DNA of 64,000 nt from Escherichia coli (lineage in GTDB: Bacteria; Pseudomonadota; Gammaproteobacteria; Enterobacterales; Enterobacteriaceae): NCBI RefSeq assembly GCF_044324785.1, contig NZ_CP172127.1; one strand, written 5' to 3'. The first letter of the stretch is position 1. Each line of letters begins with the position of its first letter. Made by a program: the position numbers and the translations under genes. The notes under the pieces were generated by a model. The model saw only the letters and a list, made by a program, of their open reading frames with translations, did no database searches and was not told the DNA's origin. Shown one piece after another: positions 35,381 through 48,238 of the stretch.

Positions 35381-36103
35381 TTAAACGATGCGGCAGGCGT
35401 CGGCTTCCCAGCGGTAACCGACGCCGTAAACGGCGCGGATAAATGACTGTTCGGCGTCGAGAGATTCCAGCTTGCGACGCAGGTTTTTAATGTGGCTGTC
35501 GATGGTGCGGTCGGTTACTACGCGGTAGTCGTCATAAAGATGATTGAGCAATTGCTCGCGGGAGAACACTTTTCCTGGTTCATGAGAGAGCGTTTTCAGC
35601 AGACGAAATTCCGCAGGCGTCAGGTCAAGCATTTTACCGCGCCATGAAGCCTGAAAACGACCTTCGTCGATAATCAACGGGCTTTCAGCATCCTGTTGCT
35701 GCAACTCACGCTGCGGTTTGCAACGGCGCAAAATGGTTTTGACGCGCGCTACCACTTCCCGTGGGCTGTACGGTTTGCAGATGTAGTCATCTGCGCCAAT
35801 TTCCAGCCCCAGCAGGCGGTCGATCTCTTCGATTTTTGCTGTCACCATCACGATCGGAATGTCAGAAAAATGACGAATCTCCCGACACAGCGTCAGGCCA
35901 TCGGTACCTGGCAGCATCAGATCGAGCAGGATCAGATCCGGCGGCGACTGGTGAACGTAGGGCAGTACCTGATCGCCGTGGCTGATAAGCGTCGGCGCAT
36001 AGCTCGCAGCACGCAGATAATCAATGAGCAACTGCCCCAGCTTCGGTTCATCTTCCACGATCAAAATACGCGGTGTGTTTTCGTCGATTGGTAACTCGGT
36101 CAT
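35381..36103 (-). CDS. baeR: Envelope stress response regulator BaeR (OmpR family)
   Basis: 240 aa, [30 protein letters not shown], matches K-12 BaeR. Confidence 0.95.
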   Translation of the reverse strand: MTELPIDENTPRILIVEDEPKLGQLLIDYLRAASYAPTLISHGDQVLPYVHQSPPDLILLDLMLPGTDGLTLCREIRHFSDIPIVMVTAKIEEIDRLLGLEIGADDYICKPYSPREVVARVKTILRRCKPQRELQQQDAESPLIIDEGRFQASWRGKMLDLTPAEFRLLKTLSHEPGKVFSREQLLNHLYDDYRVVTDRTIDSHIKNLRRKLESLDAEQSFIRAVYGVGYRWEADACRIV

Positions 36104-37503
36104 ACTTCTCTCTGTAAATCCCGTTCCAGCGGTAACTCTACTGTAATGCTTACCCCGCCAAAAGGCGAATGGGCAGCAATAATGCGGCCATTATGGGCTT
36201 CAACAATGTTCAGGCAAATCGCCAGCCCCAGCCCGGAACCGCCGCTGGCGCGGTTGCGGGAACCTTCGGTGCGATAAAAACGTTCAAACAATTTTTGTAG
36301 CTGATCGTCACTGACGCCCGGCGCGCTGTCAGCAAAGGTCAGGCGCACCGTTTTGTCGTGCTGCTCGGCAGAGATTTTCAGGCTGCCGCCACTGTCAGTG
36401 TAGCGCAGGCTGTTTTCCAGTAAGTTATTGAATAACTGCATTAAACGGTCGCGATCGCCAAATACGGTAATACTGTCTGGCAGGGAAAATTGCAGTTTCA
36501 GGCCACGGCTGGCGAATCGTTCGCGAAATGCGCCGCCCGCCACTTCCAGCAGTGGGATCAAATCTACCGGTGCTTTTTGATAGGCGAGAGCGCCTTCATC
36601 AGACATCGACAACTGATGGAGATCGTCAACCAGTTTGGTCAGTGTACCGACCTCCGCCTGTAAAGACGCCACCGTCTCCGGCGTGAATTTACGCACGCCA
36701 TCCTGAATGGCTTCCAGTTCACCGCGCAGCACCGCTAATGGCGTACGCAGTTCGTGAGAAATATCGGCCATAAAATCGCGCCGCATTTGCTGGTTTTTCT
36801 CCAGCGTGCTGGCAAGCTGGTTGAAGTCTTGCGCCAGTTTGCCCAGTTCATCTTCACTGGTGGGCGTCACGCGGGTTGTGAAATCGCCCGCCGCCAGTTT
36901 GTGCGTGCCGTCCACCAGCCGTTTGACCGGGGCCAACAGACCACGCGCCAGCAGAAAGGTGGCGAGCGCCGCGAGTAACGTTGCCAGGGCGACAATCAGC
37001 CAGCTGGTTTGCCGCTGTTGTTTATCGAAATTGATATCAGTATTGCGGGTCAGTCGCTCAACAGGGGAGGCAATCACCGCACCCACTTCCGCACCGTTGA
37101 CCAGAATGGGTCGCCGTGTACCGTCAGGTGGAATCGGCGCTCGCGGACCAACCAGCACTTTGTTGTTTTGATCAACCACCCAGAACTGAGTACGCCAGCC
37201 GTGTGGTGGCATACCCGGGCCGGGTTTATCTTCCGAATTATCGTGTTCAAATGAGCGCAGGATCTGAAAGACAAAGCGATCATTGTTGCGCAGGAAGCGC
37301 CAGTTGCCATGCTGCGCATACTGCTCGCCAAGCGCATCACTTAACAGTTGTAATCGCTGTTCATTACCATGCTTGATGTAATCAATAAAGCCACGCTCAA
37401 AACTGATACGCACCGCCCAGTGCATACTGATCAGCAAGACAATGCAGGTGGCGAAAATCGCCAGAAACAGTTTACCGGTAATACCGGGTCGCCAGAACTT
37501 CAT
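36100..37503 (-). CDS. baeS: Sensor histidine kinase BaeS
   Basis: 467 aa with an H-box [11 protein letters not shown] and a HATPase domain, matches K-12 BaeS. Confidence 0.95.
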   Translation of the reverse strand: MKFWRPGITGKLFLAIFATCIVLLISMHWAVRISFERGFIDYIKHGNEQRLQLLSDALGEQYAQHGNWRFLRNNDRFVFQILRSFEHDNSEDKPGPGMPPHGWRTQFWVVDQNNKVLVGPRAPIPPDGTRRPILVNGAEVGAVIASPVERLTRNTDINFDKQQRQTSWLIVALATLLAALATFLLARGLLAPVKRLVDGTHKLAAGDFTTRVTPTSEDELGKLAQDFNQLASTLEKNQQMRRDFMADISHELRTPLAVLRGELEAIQDGVRKFTPETVASLQAEVGTLTKLVDDLHQLSMSDEGALAYQKAPVDLIPLLEVAGGAFRERFASRGLKLQFSLPDSITVFGDRDRLMQLFNNLLENSLRYTDSGGSLKISAEQHDKTVRLTFADSAPGVSDDQLQKLFERFYRTEGSRNRASGGSGLGLAICLNIVEAHNGRIIAAHSPFGGVSITVELPLERDLQREV

Positions 37504-38915
37504 TGCGCGCTCCTTTTTCGCCGCGAAATAGCTACATTTTGATGCGTATCGTTCGGCACTCTGGCAAAGATGAACGCCGGAAGGGCGATGATCAACGCCA
37601 TGCTAAGCCAGGTGTACATAAAGACGGTTTGTGTGGTGCCGCTGTCGATGCTGACATGCTGCGAACCAAAAAGCCCCAGCAACAGCCCGGCGATGGTGAC
37701 GCCGATACTCATCGACAATTGCATAATCATCGACAGCAGACTGTTGCCGCTGCTCGCCAGATTGTCCGGAAGATCTTTCAGCGTCAGGGTGTTCATGGAG
37801 GAGAAACGGGTCGAGTTGACCATCCCTTGTAAAAACAGGACGAACGGCAAAACGTAGTACCAGCCCAGCAGAGCGGTAGTCATAAACAATAGGGTGACCA
37901 GCGACAGACCCAGCGTGGTCGCCACCAGTACCCGACGATAACCAAAGCGATTCACTACCTGTACCACAATTCGCTTCATCCCCATGCTGCCGAGCACCAT
38001 CGGGATCATCATCAGTCCGGCATGAAACGGTGAGAAGCCAAGGCCAATTTGCAGGAAAACCGGCGTCATAAAGGGCAACATGCCGCTACCGATACGTCCG
38101 GCAAAACTCCCCGCCAGGCCCAGCGAAAAGGTACGAGTGCGGAACAGTTTCAGACTGAAAAGAGCGCGGTTGTTATTTCTGGCGTGCAGCAGATAAAGCA
38201 CCAGTGCTACCACGCCAACAGCGACCAGGCCAGTAATCGCCAGCGGCGATAAACCTGTACCTTTACTGCCATCCAGCGCCAGGGTTAATACCGCCATGCC
38301 AACCGCCAGCAATAAAAAGCCGGAAAGATCAAAGCGCCGCGTCTGCATGGTGTAGTTCGGCATCAACATTAGTGTTGCGATCGCACCGATAATCCCCACC
38401 GGAATGTTGATCAAAAAGATCCAGTGCCACGATGCGTACTCCACCAGCAGACCGCCGAGCGCCGGACCCAGCAGCGGACCGACCTGACCGGGCAGTGTGA
38501 CAAAGGTCATCGCCGCCATATATTGCTCGCGCGGTACGATTTTCATCACCGTCAATCTGCCGACCGGCACCATCATCGCACCGCCAACGCCCTGTAACGC
38601 GCGTGCCAGCAACAGTTCGTTTAGCGTGCCGGAAAGCGCGCAAAACAGTGAACCGAGAGTAAACAGTACGATGGCGGTAAAGAAAATATTGCGCACGCCG
38701 ACTTTGTCCGCCAGCCAGCCGCTGGCGGGCAGCATCACCGCCACGGTCAGCACATAAGAGACAATGACCATGTGCATATGCAACGGACTTTCCCCGAGGC
38801 TTTGCGCCATTGAGGGAAGCGCGGTGTTGACGATGGTGGTGTCCAGCGACTGCATAAAGAAGCCGAAAGCCACAATCCACAATTGCCAGCGGGTGCTGTC
38901 GGGAAGATCTGTCAT
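37500..38915 (-). CDS. mdtD: MFS transporter MdtD
   Basis: 471-aa 14-TM MFS protein, matches K-12 MdtD. Confidence 0.95.
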   Translation of the reverse strand: MTDLPDSTRWQLWIVAFGFFMQSLDTTIVNTALPSMAQSLGESPLHMHMVIVSYVLTVAVMLPASGWLADKVGVRNIFFTAIVLFTLGSLFCALSGTLNELLLARALQGVGGAMMVPVGRLTVMKIVPREQYMAAMTFVTLPGQVGPLLGPALGGLLVEYASWHWIFLINIPVGIIGAIATLMLMPNYTMQTRRFDLSGFLLLAVGMAVLTLALDGSKGTGLSPLAITGLVAVGVVALVLYLLHARNNNRALFSLKLFRTRTFSLGLAGSFAGRIGSGMLPFMTPVFLQIGLGFSPFHAGLMMIPMVLGSMGMKRIVVQVVNRFGYRRVLVATTLGLSLVTLLFMTTALLGWYYVLPFVLFLQGMVNSTRFSSMNTLTLKDLPDNLASSGNSLLSMIMQLSMSIGVTIAGLLLGLFGSQHVSIDSGTTQTVFMYTWLSMALIIALPAFIFARVPNDTHQNVAISRRKRSAQ

Positions 38916-41900
38916 TTACTCGGTTACCGTTTGTTTAGGTTTACGCGAAAAACGCAGCCGCAGACGGTCGAAAAAGAGATACACCACCGGCGTGGTATAC
39001 AGCGTCAGAAGCTGGCTCATTACCAGACCGCCGACAATGGTGATCCCCAGGGGTTGGCGCAGCTCCGAACCGTCACCGCCCGACAATACCAGCGGCAGCG
39101 CGCCAAACAGCGCCGCCAGGGTAGTCATCATAATCGGGCGAAAACGCAGCAGACAGGCCTGGAAAATAGCTTCCTGCGGCGTCAGGTTACCGTGCCGTTG
39201 GGCTTCAAGCGCAAAATCGACCATCATAATGGCGTTTTTCTTCACGATGCCGATTAATAGCATGATCCCTATCAGGGCGATTAGGCTGAACGGGGCATTG
39301 AACAGCTCCAGCGCCAACAGCGCTCCAACGCCCGCCGAGGGCAGGGTGGAGAGAATCGTCAGCGGATGTACGTAACTCTCGTAAAGGATACCCAGCACGA
39401 TATACACCGTGGCGATGGCGGCGATAATCAGGATCACCTGCGAGTTCATCGTCTCCTGGAACACCTGCGCTGTTCCGGCAAAACTGCCGCGCACCGTCGA
39501 AGGCACGCCAAGTTGCGTCATTGCGCGATCGATCGCCGCACTGGCGTCCGAGAGCGATTTTCCGGTCGGCAGGTTAAACGAAATGGTCGAGGCTGCCGAT
39601 AACCCCTGATGATTCACCGACAGCGGAGCATTCGCCGGTTGCCATTTAGCGAAATACGACAGCGGGATCGCTTTTCCTTCGTTATTGATAACGAACATTT
39701 TTTCCAGCGCACTGATGTCCTGGGTATAGCGCGGATCCACTTCCATCACCACTTTATACTGGTTCATCGGCTGGTAAATGGTCGAGATTTGTCGCTGACC
39801 GAAGGCGTTATTTAACAGGCTGTTGGCGGCCTGCACGTCGATTCCCAGCCGTGCCATAGTGTCGCGGTCGTAAACCAGATTCATCTCCGCGCCGTTATCC
39901 TGCTGGTCGGAGTTCACGTCCGCCAGTTCCGGCAATGTCGCCAGTTTTTTGCGGATTTTCGGCTCCCATTCGCGCAGTGCCGCCAGGTCGTCGGACAGCA
40001 ACGTGTACTGATAGCTGGCGTTCGACTGACGTCCGCCAACGCGAATATCCTGTACCGCCATCAGGAACAGATTCGCCCCCGGTTCTTTCGCCAGCTTCAC
40101 CCGCAGACGGTCGATAATTTGCTGCGCCGTTTCGCTGCGTTCGCCGCGTGGCTTGAGGGTGATAAACATCATCCCGCTGTTCACCCGCGAACCGCCGGTA
40201 AATCCGGTGACATTATCCACTGCCGGATCGTCACGGATAATTTTCATGAAATCCTGCAACTTACCGCGCATCGCCTGAAACGAAATACTCTGATCCGCCT
40301 GTATCCCGCCCATCAACACGCCGGTGTCCTGCTCCGGGAAGAAGGTTTTCGGGATCGAGATATATAGCCAGATATTCAGCGCAATGGTGCCAAGCAGCAC
40401 CACGCCCACCAGACGGGTATGATTGAGCACCCATTTCAGTGACTTGCCGTAGCTTTGTTGCAGGGCTACCAACATGCGACCAAAACCACGCAGACGCTTT
40501 TGCTCGCGCGGCTTGCTGGCTTTCAGCATCCAGCCGCACATCATCGGCGTTAGCGTCAGGGAAACCAGCAACGAAATCCCAATGGCGACAGAAAGCGTCA
40601 CGGCAAATTCGCGTAACAGGCGGCCCGGCAATCCGCCCATCAACAGTAGCGGCAGGAACACCGCCACCAGTGACAGACTCATTGATAGCACCGTAAAGCC
40701 GACTTCACGGGTGCCTTGCAGCGCGGCCTGTAGCGGTTTCATCCCCGCTTCCAGATGACGGGCAATGTTTTCCAGCACCACGATGGCGTCATCCACCACA
40801 AAGCCAGTGGCGATGGTGAGCGCCATTAACGACAGGTTATTGAGACTGAATCCGCACAGGTACATCGCCGCAAAAGTACCAATCAGCGAAACCGGCACCG
40901 CAACGGCGGGAATAATAGTGGCGCGACCCGAGCGTAGGAATAAAAAGACCACCAGAATCACCAGCGCCACCGAGATAATCAACGTTTGCTCGACTTCCTC
41001 CAGCGAGGCGCGAATGGTGGGGGAGCGATCCTGAGCAATTTGCAGATCAATCGCCGCCGGAATGGTCTCCTGCAACTCCGGTAATTTTGCCCGGATGCTG
41101 TCAACCGTCTGGATAATATTGGCTTCCGGCAGCTTGCGGATCATCAGCAAAATAGCCGGTTTGGCGTTGGTCATCCCGGCGTTGCGCACATCCTGCACTG
41201 AGTCGGTCACCGTCGCCACATCGCCCAGACGAACCGCGCCGCCGTTGTTGTAATGAATAATTAACGGCTGATATTCAGCGGCGGTTTTTAGCTCATCATT
41301 GGTCTGGATCTGCCAGCGGTGAGTGCTATCTTCCAGCGCCCCCTGCGGTTTACGCACGTTGGCATTGCTGATGGCAGTGCGAACATCGTCCAGCGACACG
41401 CCCTGATTAAACAGCGCCTGCGGATTCAGCCCGACGCGCACGGCGGGCAGTGAGCTGCCGCCAACATCGACATCACCGACACCGTCGATTTGCGAAATCG
41501 TCGGAGCCAGCTGCGTCGAGGCGAAATCGTACAGTTCACCCTGCGAATAAGTATCGGATGTCAGCGTGAGGATCATAATTGGCGCATCCGACGGGTTCGC
41601 TTTGCGATAGGTCGGACGGCTGGGCATCCCACTGGGCAGCAAACTTTGTGCAGCGTTGATCGCCGCCTGCACATCACGCGCTGCGCCGTTGATATCCCGG
41701 TCAAAATCAAACTGCAAAATAATGCGCGTGCTGCCGAGCGAACTACTGGAGGTCATTTCACTAACCCCGGCAATGCGCCCAAGTGAGCGTTCCAGCGGTG
41801 TGGCAACGGAAGACGCCATTGTCTCCGGCGATGCACCGGGCAGCGAGGCGCTGACCATAATCACCGGAAAATCGACCTGTGGCAGCGGGGCGACCGGCAG

Positions 41901-41993
41901 CATACGGAAGCCCAGTATGCCGCACAGGGTAATGGCGACCGACAGTAAAATCGTCGCCACCGGGCGGTAAATGAAGAGGGCAAAAAACTTCAC
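38916..41993 (-). CDS. mdtC: RND efflux pump subunit MdtC
   Basis: 1025 aa, [25 protein letters not shown], matches K-12 MdtC. Confidence 0.95.
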   Translation of the reverse strand: MKFFALFIYRPVATILLSVAITLCGILGFRMLPVAPLPQVDFPVIMVSASLPGASPETMASSVATPLERSLGRIAGVSEMTSSSSLGSTRIILQFDFDRDINGAARDVQAAINAAQSLLPSGMPSRPTYRKANPSDAPIMILTLTSDTYSQGELYDFASTQLAPTISQIDGVGDVDVGGSSLPAVRVGLNPQALFNQGVSLDDVRTAISNANVRKPQGALEDSTHRWQIQTNDELKTAAEYQPLIIHYNNGGAVRLGDVATVTDSVQDVRNAGMTNAKPAILLMIRKLPEANIIQTVDSIRAKLPELQETIPAAIDLQIAQDRSPTIRASLEEVEQTLIISVALVILVVFLFLRSGRATIIPAVAVPVSLIGTFAAMYLCGFSLNNLSLMALTIATGFVVDDAIVVLENIARHLEAGMKPLQAALQGTREVGFTVLSMSLSLVAVFLPLLLMGGLPGRLLREFAVTLSVAIGISLLVSLTLTPMMCGWMLKASKPREQKRLRGFGRMLVALQQSYGKSLKWVLNHTRLVGVVLLGTIALNIWLYISIPKTFFPEQDTGVLMGGIQADQSISFQAMRGKLQDFMKIIRDDPAVDNVTGFTGGSRVNSGMMFITLKPRGERSETAQQIIDRLRVKLAKEPGANLFLMAVQDIRVGGRQSNASYQYTLLSDDLAALREWEPKIRKKLATLPELADVNSDQQDNGAEMNLVYDRDTMARLGIDVQAANSLLNNAFGQRQISTIYQPMNQYKVVMEVDPRYTQDISALEKMFVINNEGKAIPLSYFAKWQPANAPLSVNHQGLSAASTISFNLPTGKSLSDASAAIDRAMTQLGVPSTVRGSFAGTAQVFQETMNSQVILIIAAIATVYIVLGILYESYVHPLTILSTLPSAGVGALLALELFNAPFSLIALIGIMLLIGIVKKNAIMMVDFALEAQRHGNLTPQEAIFQACLLRFRPIMMTTLAALFGALPLVLSGGDGSELRQPLGITIVGGLVMSQLLTLYTTPVVYLFFDRLRLRFSRKPKQTVTE

Positions 41994-44900
41994 TTACGCC
42001 TCCTCTTCATGACGAGCAAAGCGGCTTTTGGTCCACAATGCCAGACGGTCGAATAGCAGATAAATCACCGGCGTGGTAAACAGCGTCAGCACCTGGCTGA
42101 CAATCAGACCGCCGACCATGCCGATCCCTAACGGACGACGCAGTTCCGCGCCGACCCCGGTACTCAACATCAGCGGCAGCGCGCCAAGCAGAGCCGCCAG
42201 GGTGGTCATCAGGATCGGACGAAAACGCAACAGACAAGCCTGGTAGATTGCATCGCGTGGCGACATGCCTTGCTCGCGCTCAGCAGCCAGCGCGAAGTCG
42301 ATCATCATGATGGCGTTCTTCTTCACGATACCGATCAGCAAAATAATGCCGATAATCGCAATCACATCCAGCTCGCTACCGGCAATCAGTAGCGCCAGCA
42401 GTGCGCCGACCCCTGCGGTGGGTAGCGTCGAGAGAATGGTGATCGGGTGAATAAAGCTCTCGTACAGAATGCCGAGCACGATATACATCGCCACCACCGC
42501 CGCGACAATCAGCCAGACAGTGCTGCCAAGCGCCGACTGGAAGGCGAGGGTGCTGCCCTGGAACTGCGTGGTGATATCCACTGGCAGATTCAGCGTCTTC
42601 TCGGTGTCCATAATCGCCTGCACCGCATCGCCCAGCGAATAGTTATCCGGCACGTTAAAGGAGATGGTCGTTACCGGGAACTGATCCAGATGGTTGATGG
42701 AAAGCGGCGCAAAACGCTGCTCAATTTTGGCAATTGAGCTTAACGGCACCACGCCACCGTCGCTGCTGGTCAGGCGAATGGTATCCAGCGCCGCGAGGCC
42801 TGGGGTATTTTCGGTGTTGTGTTCCAGCACTACGCGATACTGGTTAGCCTGAGTATAAATAGTGGAAATCAGCCGCTGACCAAACGCGTTGTACAGGGCG
42901 TTATCGACATCCGCCATGCTGATCCCCAGACGGCTGGCGCTGTCGCGATCAACGTTGACATACGCCACCAGCCCTTGGTCCTGCCAGTCGCTGGAGACAT
43001 CAGAAAGCTGTGGCAGTTGCTGGAGTTTTTCCATCAACTGTGGCACCCAGGTACTGAGCGCATCCAGTGACGTGGCCTGTAAGGTAAACTGGTACTGGGT
43101 GCGGCTGACCTGAGTATCAATAGTCAGGTCCTGCGTTGGTTGCAGGAAGAGATCGACGCCCGGCACTTTATCTACTGCCGTTTGCAAACGAGCGATGACT
43201 TTTTGCACCCGATCATCACGTTCATCCAACGGTTTGAGGTTGATCTGTAAACGCGCACTGTTCAGCGACGGGTTAGTGCCATCAACGCCAACAAATGAGG
43301 TCAGGCTTTGCACTGCCGGATCCTGCAAAATCACATCCGCGACCTGGCGTTGCCGCTGGGCCATATTGGCAAAGGAGCTGGATTGCGGTGCCTGCAAAGT
43401 GCCCTGAATAATGCCGTTGTCCTGTACCGGGAAGAAACCTTTCGGAATGAACACCCACAACAGCACGCTAAGCAGCAGCGTGCTGAGCGCCACGCTTAAG
43501 GTCAGCCACGGATGATTCAGCACTTTCGCCAGTCCCTGACCATAGGCGGCGATTATCCTGTCGAACATTTTTTCCGAGGCACGGGAGAAGCGGTTCTGTT
43601 TACGCAGCGACTCCTGGCTGAGCATCCGCGCACACATCATCGGTGTCAGGGTCAGCGACACCACGGCTGAGATCAAAATCGCGACTGCCAGAGTAATAGC
43701 AAATTCGCGGAACAGTCGCCCGACGATATCGCCCATAAATAGCAGTGGGATCAACACTGCAATCAGTGAGAAGGTCAGCGAGATAATGGTAAAGCCGATT
43801 TCACCCGCGCCCTTGAGCGCCGCCGCCAGCGGTTTTTCGCCTTTTTCGATATAGCGGGAAATGTTTTCGATTACCACGATGGCGTCATCGACCACGAATC
43901 CGGTGGCGATAGTTAACGCCATCAGCGTCAGGTTATTGATTGAAAAATCGAGAAACACCATAACCGCAAAGGTGCCAATTAACGACAGCGGCACTGCGAC
44001 GCCAGGAATGATGGTCGCCGGAATATTGCGCAAAAACAGGTAGATAATCATGACTACCAGCGCGATAGCCATCATCAGTTCAAACTGGGTATCGTCGACC
44101 GATGCGCGGATGTTGGTGGTGCGGTCAGAAAGCACCGTCACTTTTACCGATTTCGGCAAACTCTCGGTGAGTTGTGGCAGCATCTGCCGGATGCTGTCGG
44201 CGGTGGAGATAATGTTAGCACCGGGCTGGCGCTGAACATTCATCACAATGGCCTGTTCTTTGTTCGCCCACGCGCCGAGCCAGCTGTTTTCTGCTCCTTG
44301 CTCTACGGTTGCGACATCGCCCAGACGAATCGGCGCGCCGTTCTGGTAGGCGATGATCAGCTGGCGATACTCTTCGGCGGATTGCATCTGGTCGTTCGCG
44401 GAAAGTGTGACCGCACGAGAAGGGCCGTCGAGGCTACCTTTTGCCGAGTTAACGTTAGCGCCGGTAATAGCGGTGCGCACGGTTTCGCTGGTCAGGCCGA
44501 GGGCGGCAATCGCCTGGGCGTTAAGTTTGACGCGAACAGCCGGACGCTGGCCGCCGGAAAGCGTCACCAGGCCGACGCCGGAAATCTGCGAGATTTTCTG
44601 CGCGACGCGGGTTTCCACCATATCTTCCACTTGCGTCATTGGCATGGCGGTTGAGGTGACGGCGAGCGTCATGATTGGTGGATCTGCCGGGTTCACTTTG
44701 CTGTAAACCGGCGGGTTAGGCAGATCGCCCGGCAACAAGTTGGTCGCAGCGTTAATCGCGGCCTGCACCTCCTGCTCGGCGACATCGAGCGGTAATGTTA
44801 GCTGGAACTGCAAAGTGATAACTGACGCACCGCCGGAACTTTGCGACGACATCTGTTTCAGGCCGGACATCTGCCCGAACTGGCGTTCGAGCGGCGCGGT

Positions 44901-45116
44901 AACGGCAGAGGTCATGACATCCGGGCTCGCACCTGGGTAGAGCGTGACCACCTGAATGGTCGGATAGTCCACTTCCGGCAGCGCCGAAACGGGCAGGGCG
45001 CGATAACCGATAATCCCGGCGAGTAAGATCGCCACCATCAGCAGCGTGGTGGCGACAGGACGCATAATAAACAGGCGCGACGGGCCGCCTGTGCTGCTAG
45101 GAGGTAACACCTGCAT
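41994..45116 (-). CDS. mdtB: RND efflux pump subunit MdtB
   Basis: 1040 aa, [27 protein letters not shown], matches K-12 MdtB. Confidence 0.95.
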   Translation of the reverse strand: MQVLPPSSTGGPSRLFIMRPVATTLLMVAILLAGIIGYRALPVSALPEVDYPTIQVVTLYPGASPDVMTSAVTAPLERQFGQMSGLKQMSSQSSGGASVITLQFQLTLPLDVAEQEVQAAINAATNLLPGDLPNPPVYSKVNPADPPIMTLAVTSTAMPMTQVEDMVETRVAQKISQISGVGLVTLSGGQRPAVRVKLNAQAIAALGLTSETVRTAITGANVNSAKGSLDGPSRAVTLSANDQMQSAEEYRQLIIAYQNGAPIRLGDVATVEQGAENSWLGAWANKEQAIVMNVQRQPGANIISTADSIRQMLPQLTESLPKSVKVTVLSDRTTNIRASVDDTQFELMMAIALVVMIIYLFLRNIPATIIPGVAVPLSLIGTFAVMVFLDFSINNLTLMALTIATGFVVDDAIVVIENISRYIEKGEKPLAAALKGAGEIGFTIISLTFSLIAVLIPLLFMGDIVGRLFREFAITLAVAILISAVVSLTLTPMMCARMLSQESLRKQNRFSRASEKMFDRIIAAYGQGLAKVLNHPWLTLSVALSTLLLSVLLWVFIPKGFFPVQDNGIIQGTLQAPQSSSFANMAQRQRQVADVILQDPAVQSLTSFVGVDGTNPSLNSARLQINLKPLDERDDRVQKVIARLQTAVDKVPGVDLFLQPTQDLTIDTQVSRTQYQFTLQATSLDALSTWVPQLMEKLQQLPQLSDVSSDWQDQGLVAYVNVDRDSASRLGISMADVDNALYNAFGQRLISTIYTQANQYRVVLEHNTENTPGLAALDTIRLTSSDGGVVPLSSIAKIEQRFAPLSINHLDQFPVTTISFNVPDNYSLGDAVQAIMDTEKTLNLPVDITTQFQGSTLAFQSALGSTVWLIVAAVVAMYIVLGILYESFIHPITILSTLPTAGVGALLALLIAGSELDVIAIIGIILLIGIVKKNAIMMIDFALAAEREQGMSPRDAIYQACLLRFRPILMTTLAALLGALPLMLSTGVGAELRRPLGIGMVGGLIVSQVLTLFTTPVIYLLFDRLALWTKSRFARHEEEA

Positions 45117-46363
45117 CAGGAGCGTGCTCCTTTTTTCGCGTATTCGCGGCTGGTGGCTTTCTCTTCCGGAGTGGTGGCGCTCTGGGCTTCCACCACTTCC
45201 ACTTTCGCCCCTTCGGTCAGGCGATCAATGCCGTCTGTCACCACGCGGTCGCCCGCAGAAATACCTGCGCGGATCACCACTTTCTGACTGTCCTGAATGC
45301 CCGGCGTCACCAGATGTTTGCTGACCTTGTTTTCGCTATTCAGCACCCAGACAAAATGGCCTTCATTGCCCATTTGCAGGGCGGCGGTGGGGATCACCAC
45401 GGCGTTTTGTTCGGTGTCGACTAACATACGCGCGTTAACAAACTGATTGGGAAACAGCGCATCCTCCTGATTATTAAAGCGTGCTTTCACTTTAATCGTA
45501 CCGGTAGTGGCATCGATTTGGTTATCGAGACTTAACAGCGTGCCTTCACTTAATTTCTTCGAGTTGGTGCGATCCCAGGCTTCAACAACCAGCGGTTTTC
45601 CGGCTTTTTGCGCCTGTACTACGGTAGTGATATCGCTTTCCGGCAGGGTAAAGAGCAAATCGATAGGATGCGTCTGGGTGATCACCACAATCCCGGTGGT
45701 ATCACCACTGGAGATTTGGTTACCAACATCAACCTGCTTGAGACCAACGCGACCATCGACTGGTGCGGTGATGCGGCTCCAGTCGAGTTGCAGCTGCGCG
45801 CTGGCGACGCTTGCTTCATCAGCCTTAATGGTGCCTTCTGTTTCACTGACCAGCGCTTGTTGGGCATCCAGTTCCTGACGAGATACGAGATTGGTTTTTA
45901 CCAGTTGTTGATAACGCGCCAGGTCACGGCGGGCGTTGGCAAGCGTGGCTTTATCTTTTGCCAGTTGGCCCTGGGCTTGTGCTAATGCAACTTTGAACTG
46001 GCTGGGGTCAATTTCTGCCAATAAATCGCCTGCTTTGACCTGCTGGCCTTCCTGGAAATGTAACGCCATCAGTTGACCGTCCACGCGGCTGCGCACCGTA
46101 ACGGTATTAGCGGCGGTAATGGTGCCAAGCCCGGTGAGATAACGTGGCACAGCTTGTTCTACGGCAGTCGCCGCCTGAACCGGGGCTAATGGGCCGGCAC
46201 GCATACCACGGCGACCACCCGCTGGCGATTGCTGCGCTTGTTTGGTCGCCCCTGGGGCTGCACTCTGGGAGTCATTGCGGCCTTGCCAGAACCAGAATGC
46301 GGCGATGGCGGCGATAACCACCACGATTACGATTACCCAACGGGATTTATAACTGCCTTTCAT
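45116..46363 (-). CDS. mdtA: RND membrane fusion protein MdtA
   Basis: Trimmed to [26 protein letters not shown] (415 aa). The track ORF extends 49 codons upstream. Confidence 0.93.
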   Translation of the reverse strand: MKGSYKSRWVIVIVVVIAAIAAFWFWQGRNDSQSAAPGATKQAQQSPAGGRRGMRAGPLAPVQAATAVEQAVPRYLTGLGTITAANTVTVRSRVDGQLMALHFQEGQQVKAGDLLAEIDPSQFKVALAQAQGQLAKDKATLANARRDLARYQQLVKTNLVSRQELDAQQALVSETEGTIKADEASVASAQLQLDWSRITAPVDGRVGLKQVDVGNQISSGDTTGIVVITQTHPIDLLFTLPESDITTVVQAQKAGKPLVVEAWDRTNSKKLSEGTLLSLDNQIDATTGTIKVKARFNNQEDALFPNQFVNARMLVDTEQNAVVIPTAALQMGNEGHFVWVLNSENKVSKHLVTPGIQDSQKVVIRAGISAGDRVVTDGIDRLTEGAKVEVVEAQSATTPEEKATSREYAKKGARS

Positions 46364-46416
46364 CGTTAAGAGTTTCTCTTCCTGAAACGTTTCGCGGAAT
46401 GATACTAGTGTAGCCA

Positions 46417-46434
46417 GCCAATAAGGGAGAAAAA
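46417..46434 (-). promoter_or_regulatory. BaeR binding box upstream of mdtA
   Basis: Minus strand TTTTTCTCCCTTATTGGC matches the remembered BaeR consensus TTTTTCTCCATDATTGGC at 17 of 18 positions. Confidence 0.7.
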
Positions 46435-46591
46435 TGGAGGAATTATGAAACACTGTCGGGAATCGTCTGAATGACGGGCACATTTGCGAGCACGCATCCA
46501 GTAATAACACATGAAACTATTTTATCTACGCGTTAGCGATAGACTGCTTGCATGGCGAAAGGAGGTAAGCCGACGATTTCAGCGGGACGCT

Positions 46592-46732
46592 GAAACGGGA
46601 AAGCCCCTCCCGAGGAAGGGGCCATAAATAAGGAAAGGGTCATGATGAAGCTACTCATCATCGTGGTGCTCTTAGTGATTAGCTACCCAGCATACTAAGA
46701 CTACCAGGGCGGGGGAAACCCCGCTCTACCCT
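46592..46732 (-). ncRNA. sibB: Sib antisense sRNA, copy 1 (approximate ends)
   Basis: Ends are inferred from the K-12 geometry, in which Sib fully overlaps ibs. The minus-strand terminator is GGCCCCTTCCTCGGGAGGGGCTTTCCCGTTT. Confidence 0.6.
46642..46698 (+). CDS. ibsB: Ibs type I toxin peptide, copy 1 (MMKLLIIVVLLVISYPAY)
   Basis: 18 codons preceded by the AAGGAAAGGG RBS. It differs from remembered K-12 IbsB (…ISFPAY) at one residue. Confidence 0.8.
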   Translation: MMKLLIIVVLLVISYPAY

Positions 46733-46919
46733 CACTCCTGAAAGTATGCCTTCACGATAAGATTGTCAATCTGCAGGCTTTGCAGTCTGCGATCCTGCCA
46801 GCAAATATTCTTTGCGAGACGTTACGCAATAATCACATGTGAAACTATTTTATCCGCAAGTCAGCGATAGACTGCATTCAGGGCGAAAGGAGGTAAGCCG
46901 ATGATTTCAGCGGGACGCT

Positions 46920-47060
46920 GAAACGGGAAAGCCCCTCCCGAGGAAGGGGCCTTAAATAAGGAAAGGGTCATGATGAAGTGGATCATCATCGTGGTGCTCT
47001 TAGTCATAAGCTTCCCGGCTTACTAAGACTACCAGGGCGGGGGAACCCCCGCTCTACCCT
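46920..47060 (-). ncRNA. Sib antisense sRNA, copy 2 (approximate ends)
   Basis: Same conserved terminator and flanks as copy 1. Confidence 0.55.
46970..47026 (+). CDS. Ibs type I toxin peptide, copy 2 (MMKWIIIVVLLVISFPAY)
   Basis: 18 codons with the same RBS context. This is the additional copy relative to the two I recall at this K-12 locus. Confidence 0.75.
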   Translation: MMKWIIIVVLLVISFPAY

Positions 47061-47248
47061 CACTCCTGAAAGTATGCCTTCACGATAAGATTGTCAATCT
47101 GCAGGCTTTGCAGTCTGCGATCCTGCCAGCAAATATTCTTTGCGAGTCGTTACGCAATAATCACAGAGGAAACTATTTTGTTCACGCGTTAGCGATAGAC
47201 TGCATTCAGGGCGAAAGGAGGTAAGCCGACGATTTCAGCGGGACGCTG

Positions 47249-47392
47249 AAACGGGAAACCCTCTCCCGGAGAAGAGGGCTTTTAATAAGGAAAGGGTTAT
47301 GATGAAGCACGTCATCATACTGGTGATACTCTTAGTGATTAGCTTCCAGGCTTACTAAGAACACCAGGGGGAGGGGGAAACCTCTCCCTAAC
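47249..47392 (-). ncRNA. sibA: Sib antisense sRNA, copy 3 (approximate ends)
   Basis: Inferred from K-12 sibA/ibsA geometry. The minus-strand terminator is AGCCCTCTTCTCCGGGAGAGGGTTTCCCGTTT. Confidence 0.6.
47299..47358 (+). CDS. ibsA: Ibs type I toxin peptide, copy 3 (MMKHVIILVILLVISFQAY)
   Basis: 19 codons, identical to remembered K-12 IbsA. Confidence 0.85.
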   Translation: MMKHVIILVILLVISFQAY

Positions 47393-47578
47393 CCTCACTC
47401 CTGAAATTATGTCACTCCGCCCTTAGTGTCAATCGACGGCTCTCCGTTCTTGCGAGGCGAATAGCAAAATTTTCTGCGCCGCCGGGCCTAATTCTGAAAG
47501 TTTCTTCGTTTGCTCTTATTTCATTGTTGCGGTCGGTATGATACCGGGCCTCAATAATTCTCTAAGAAAGGATTTCTT

Positions 47579-48238
47579 ATGAGCGAACAAATCACGTTTG
47601 CCACCAGCGATTTTGCCAGTAACCCGGAACCACGTTGCCCCTGCATTTTGCTGTTGGATGTTTCTGGTTCGATGAGTGGTAGACCTATTAATGAACTTAA
47701 CGCCGGATTGGTTACCTTTCGCGATGAACTGCTTGCCGACCCGCTGGCCTTAAAAAGAGTGGAACTCGGCATTGTGACGTTCGGCCCGGTGCATGTGGAA
47801 CAACCCTTTACCAGCGCCGCTAATTTTTTCCCGCCCATCCTGTTTGCCCAAGGCGATACACCAATAGGCGCTGCCATTACCAAAGCCCTGGATATGGTAG
47901 AGGAGCGCAAACGTGAGTATCGTGCAAATGGTATTTCGTATTATCGCCCGTGGATTTTCCTGATCACCGATGGCGCTCCAACCGATGAGTGGCAGGCTGC
48001 CGCCAACAAAGTGTTTCAGGGGGAAGAAGATAAGAAGTTTGCCTTCTTTTCCATCGGTGTTCAGGGGGCGGATATGAAGACTTTGGCACAAATCAGCGTT
48101 CGTCAGCCTTTTCCACTGCAGGGATTACAATTCCGTGAACTGTTTAGCTGGTTATCCAGTTCACTGCGTTCGGTTTCCCGCTCCACGCCGGGAACGGAAG
48201 TTGTGCTGGAAGCGCCAAAAGGCTGGACGTCAGTGTGA
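47579..48238 (+). CDS. yegL: vWA-domain protein YegL (TerY-like)
   Basis: 219 aa with the MIDAS-like motif [11 protein letters not shown], matches K-12 YegL. Confidence 0.92.
   Translation: MSEQITFATSDFASNPEPRCPCILLLDVSGSMSGRPINELNAGLVTFRDELLADPLALKRVELGIVTFGPVHVEQPFTSAANFFPPILFAQGDTPIGAAITKALDMVEERKREYRANGISYYRPWIFLITDGAPTDEWQAAANKVFQGEEDKKFAFFSIGVQGADMKTLAQISVRQPFPLQGLQFRELFSWLSSSLRSVSRSTPGTEVVLEAPKGWTSV

Larger units (their letters stand above)
46490..47470. repeat. Three tandem ~328-bp Ibs/Sib (type I toxin-antitoxin) repeat units
   Basis: Unit starts are near 46508, 46834 and 47162. Each contains an 18-19 codon ibs ORF and the conserved flanks GCGATAGACTGC...GGAGGTAAGCCGA...CAGCGGGACGCTGAAACGGG. 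Confidence 0.9.

Noticed and set aside
37503-46000. Dozens of 60-200 aa ORFs antisense to or out of frame with mdtA, mdtB, mdtC, mdtD and baeS in the six-frame track.
   Set aside because: They lie entirely inside long, well-recognised genes of GC-rich sequence, have no RBS context and have low-complexity Arg/Ala/Gly-rich translations. These are typical shadow ORFs.
46490-47470. A tandem repeat array considered as a possible CRISPR or satellite.
   Set aside because: The period is about 328 bp with no short repeat/spacer organisation. Each unit contains the known ibs ORF and Sib terminator, so this is the Ibs/Sib type I TA array.
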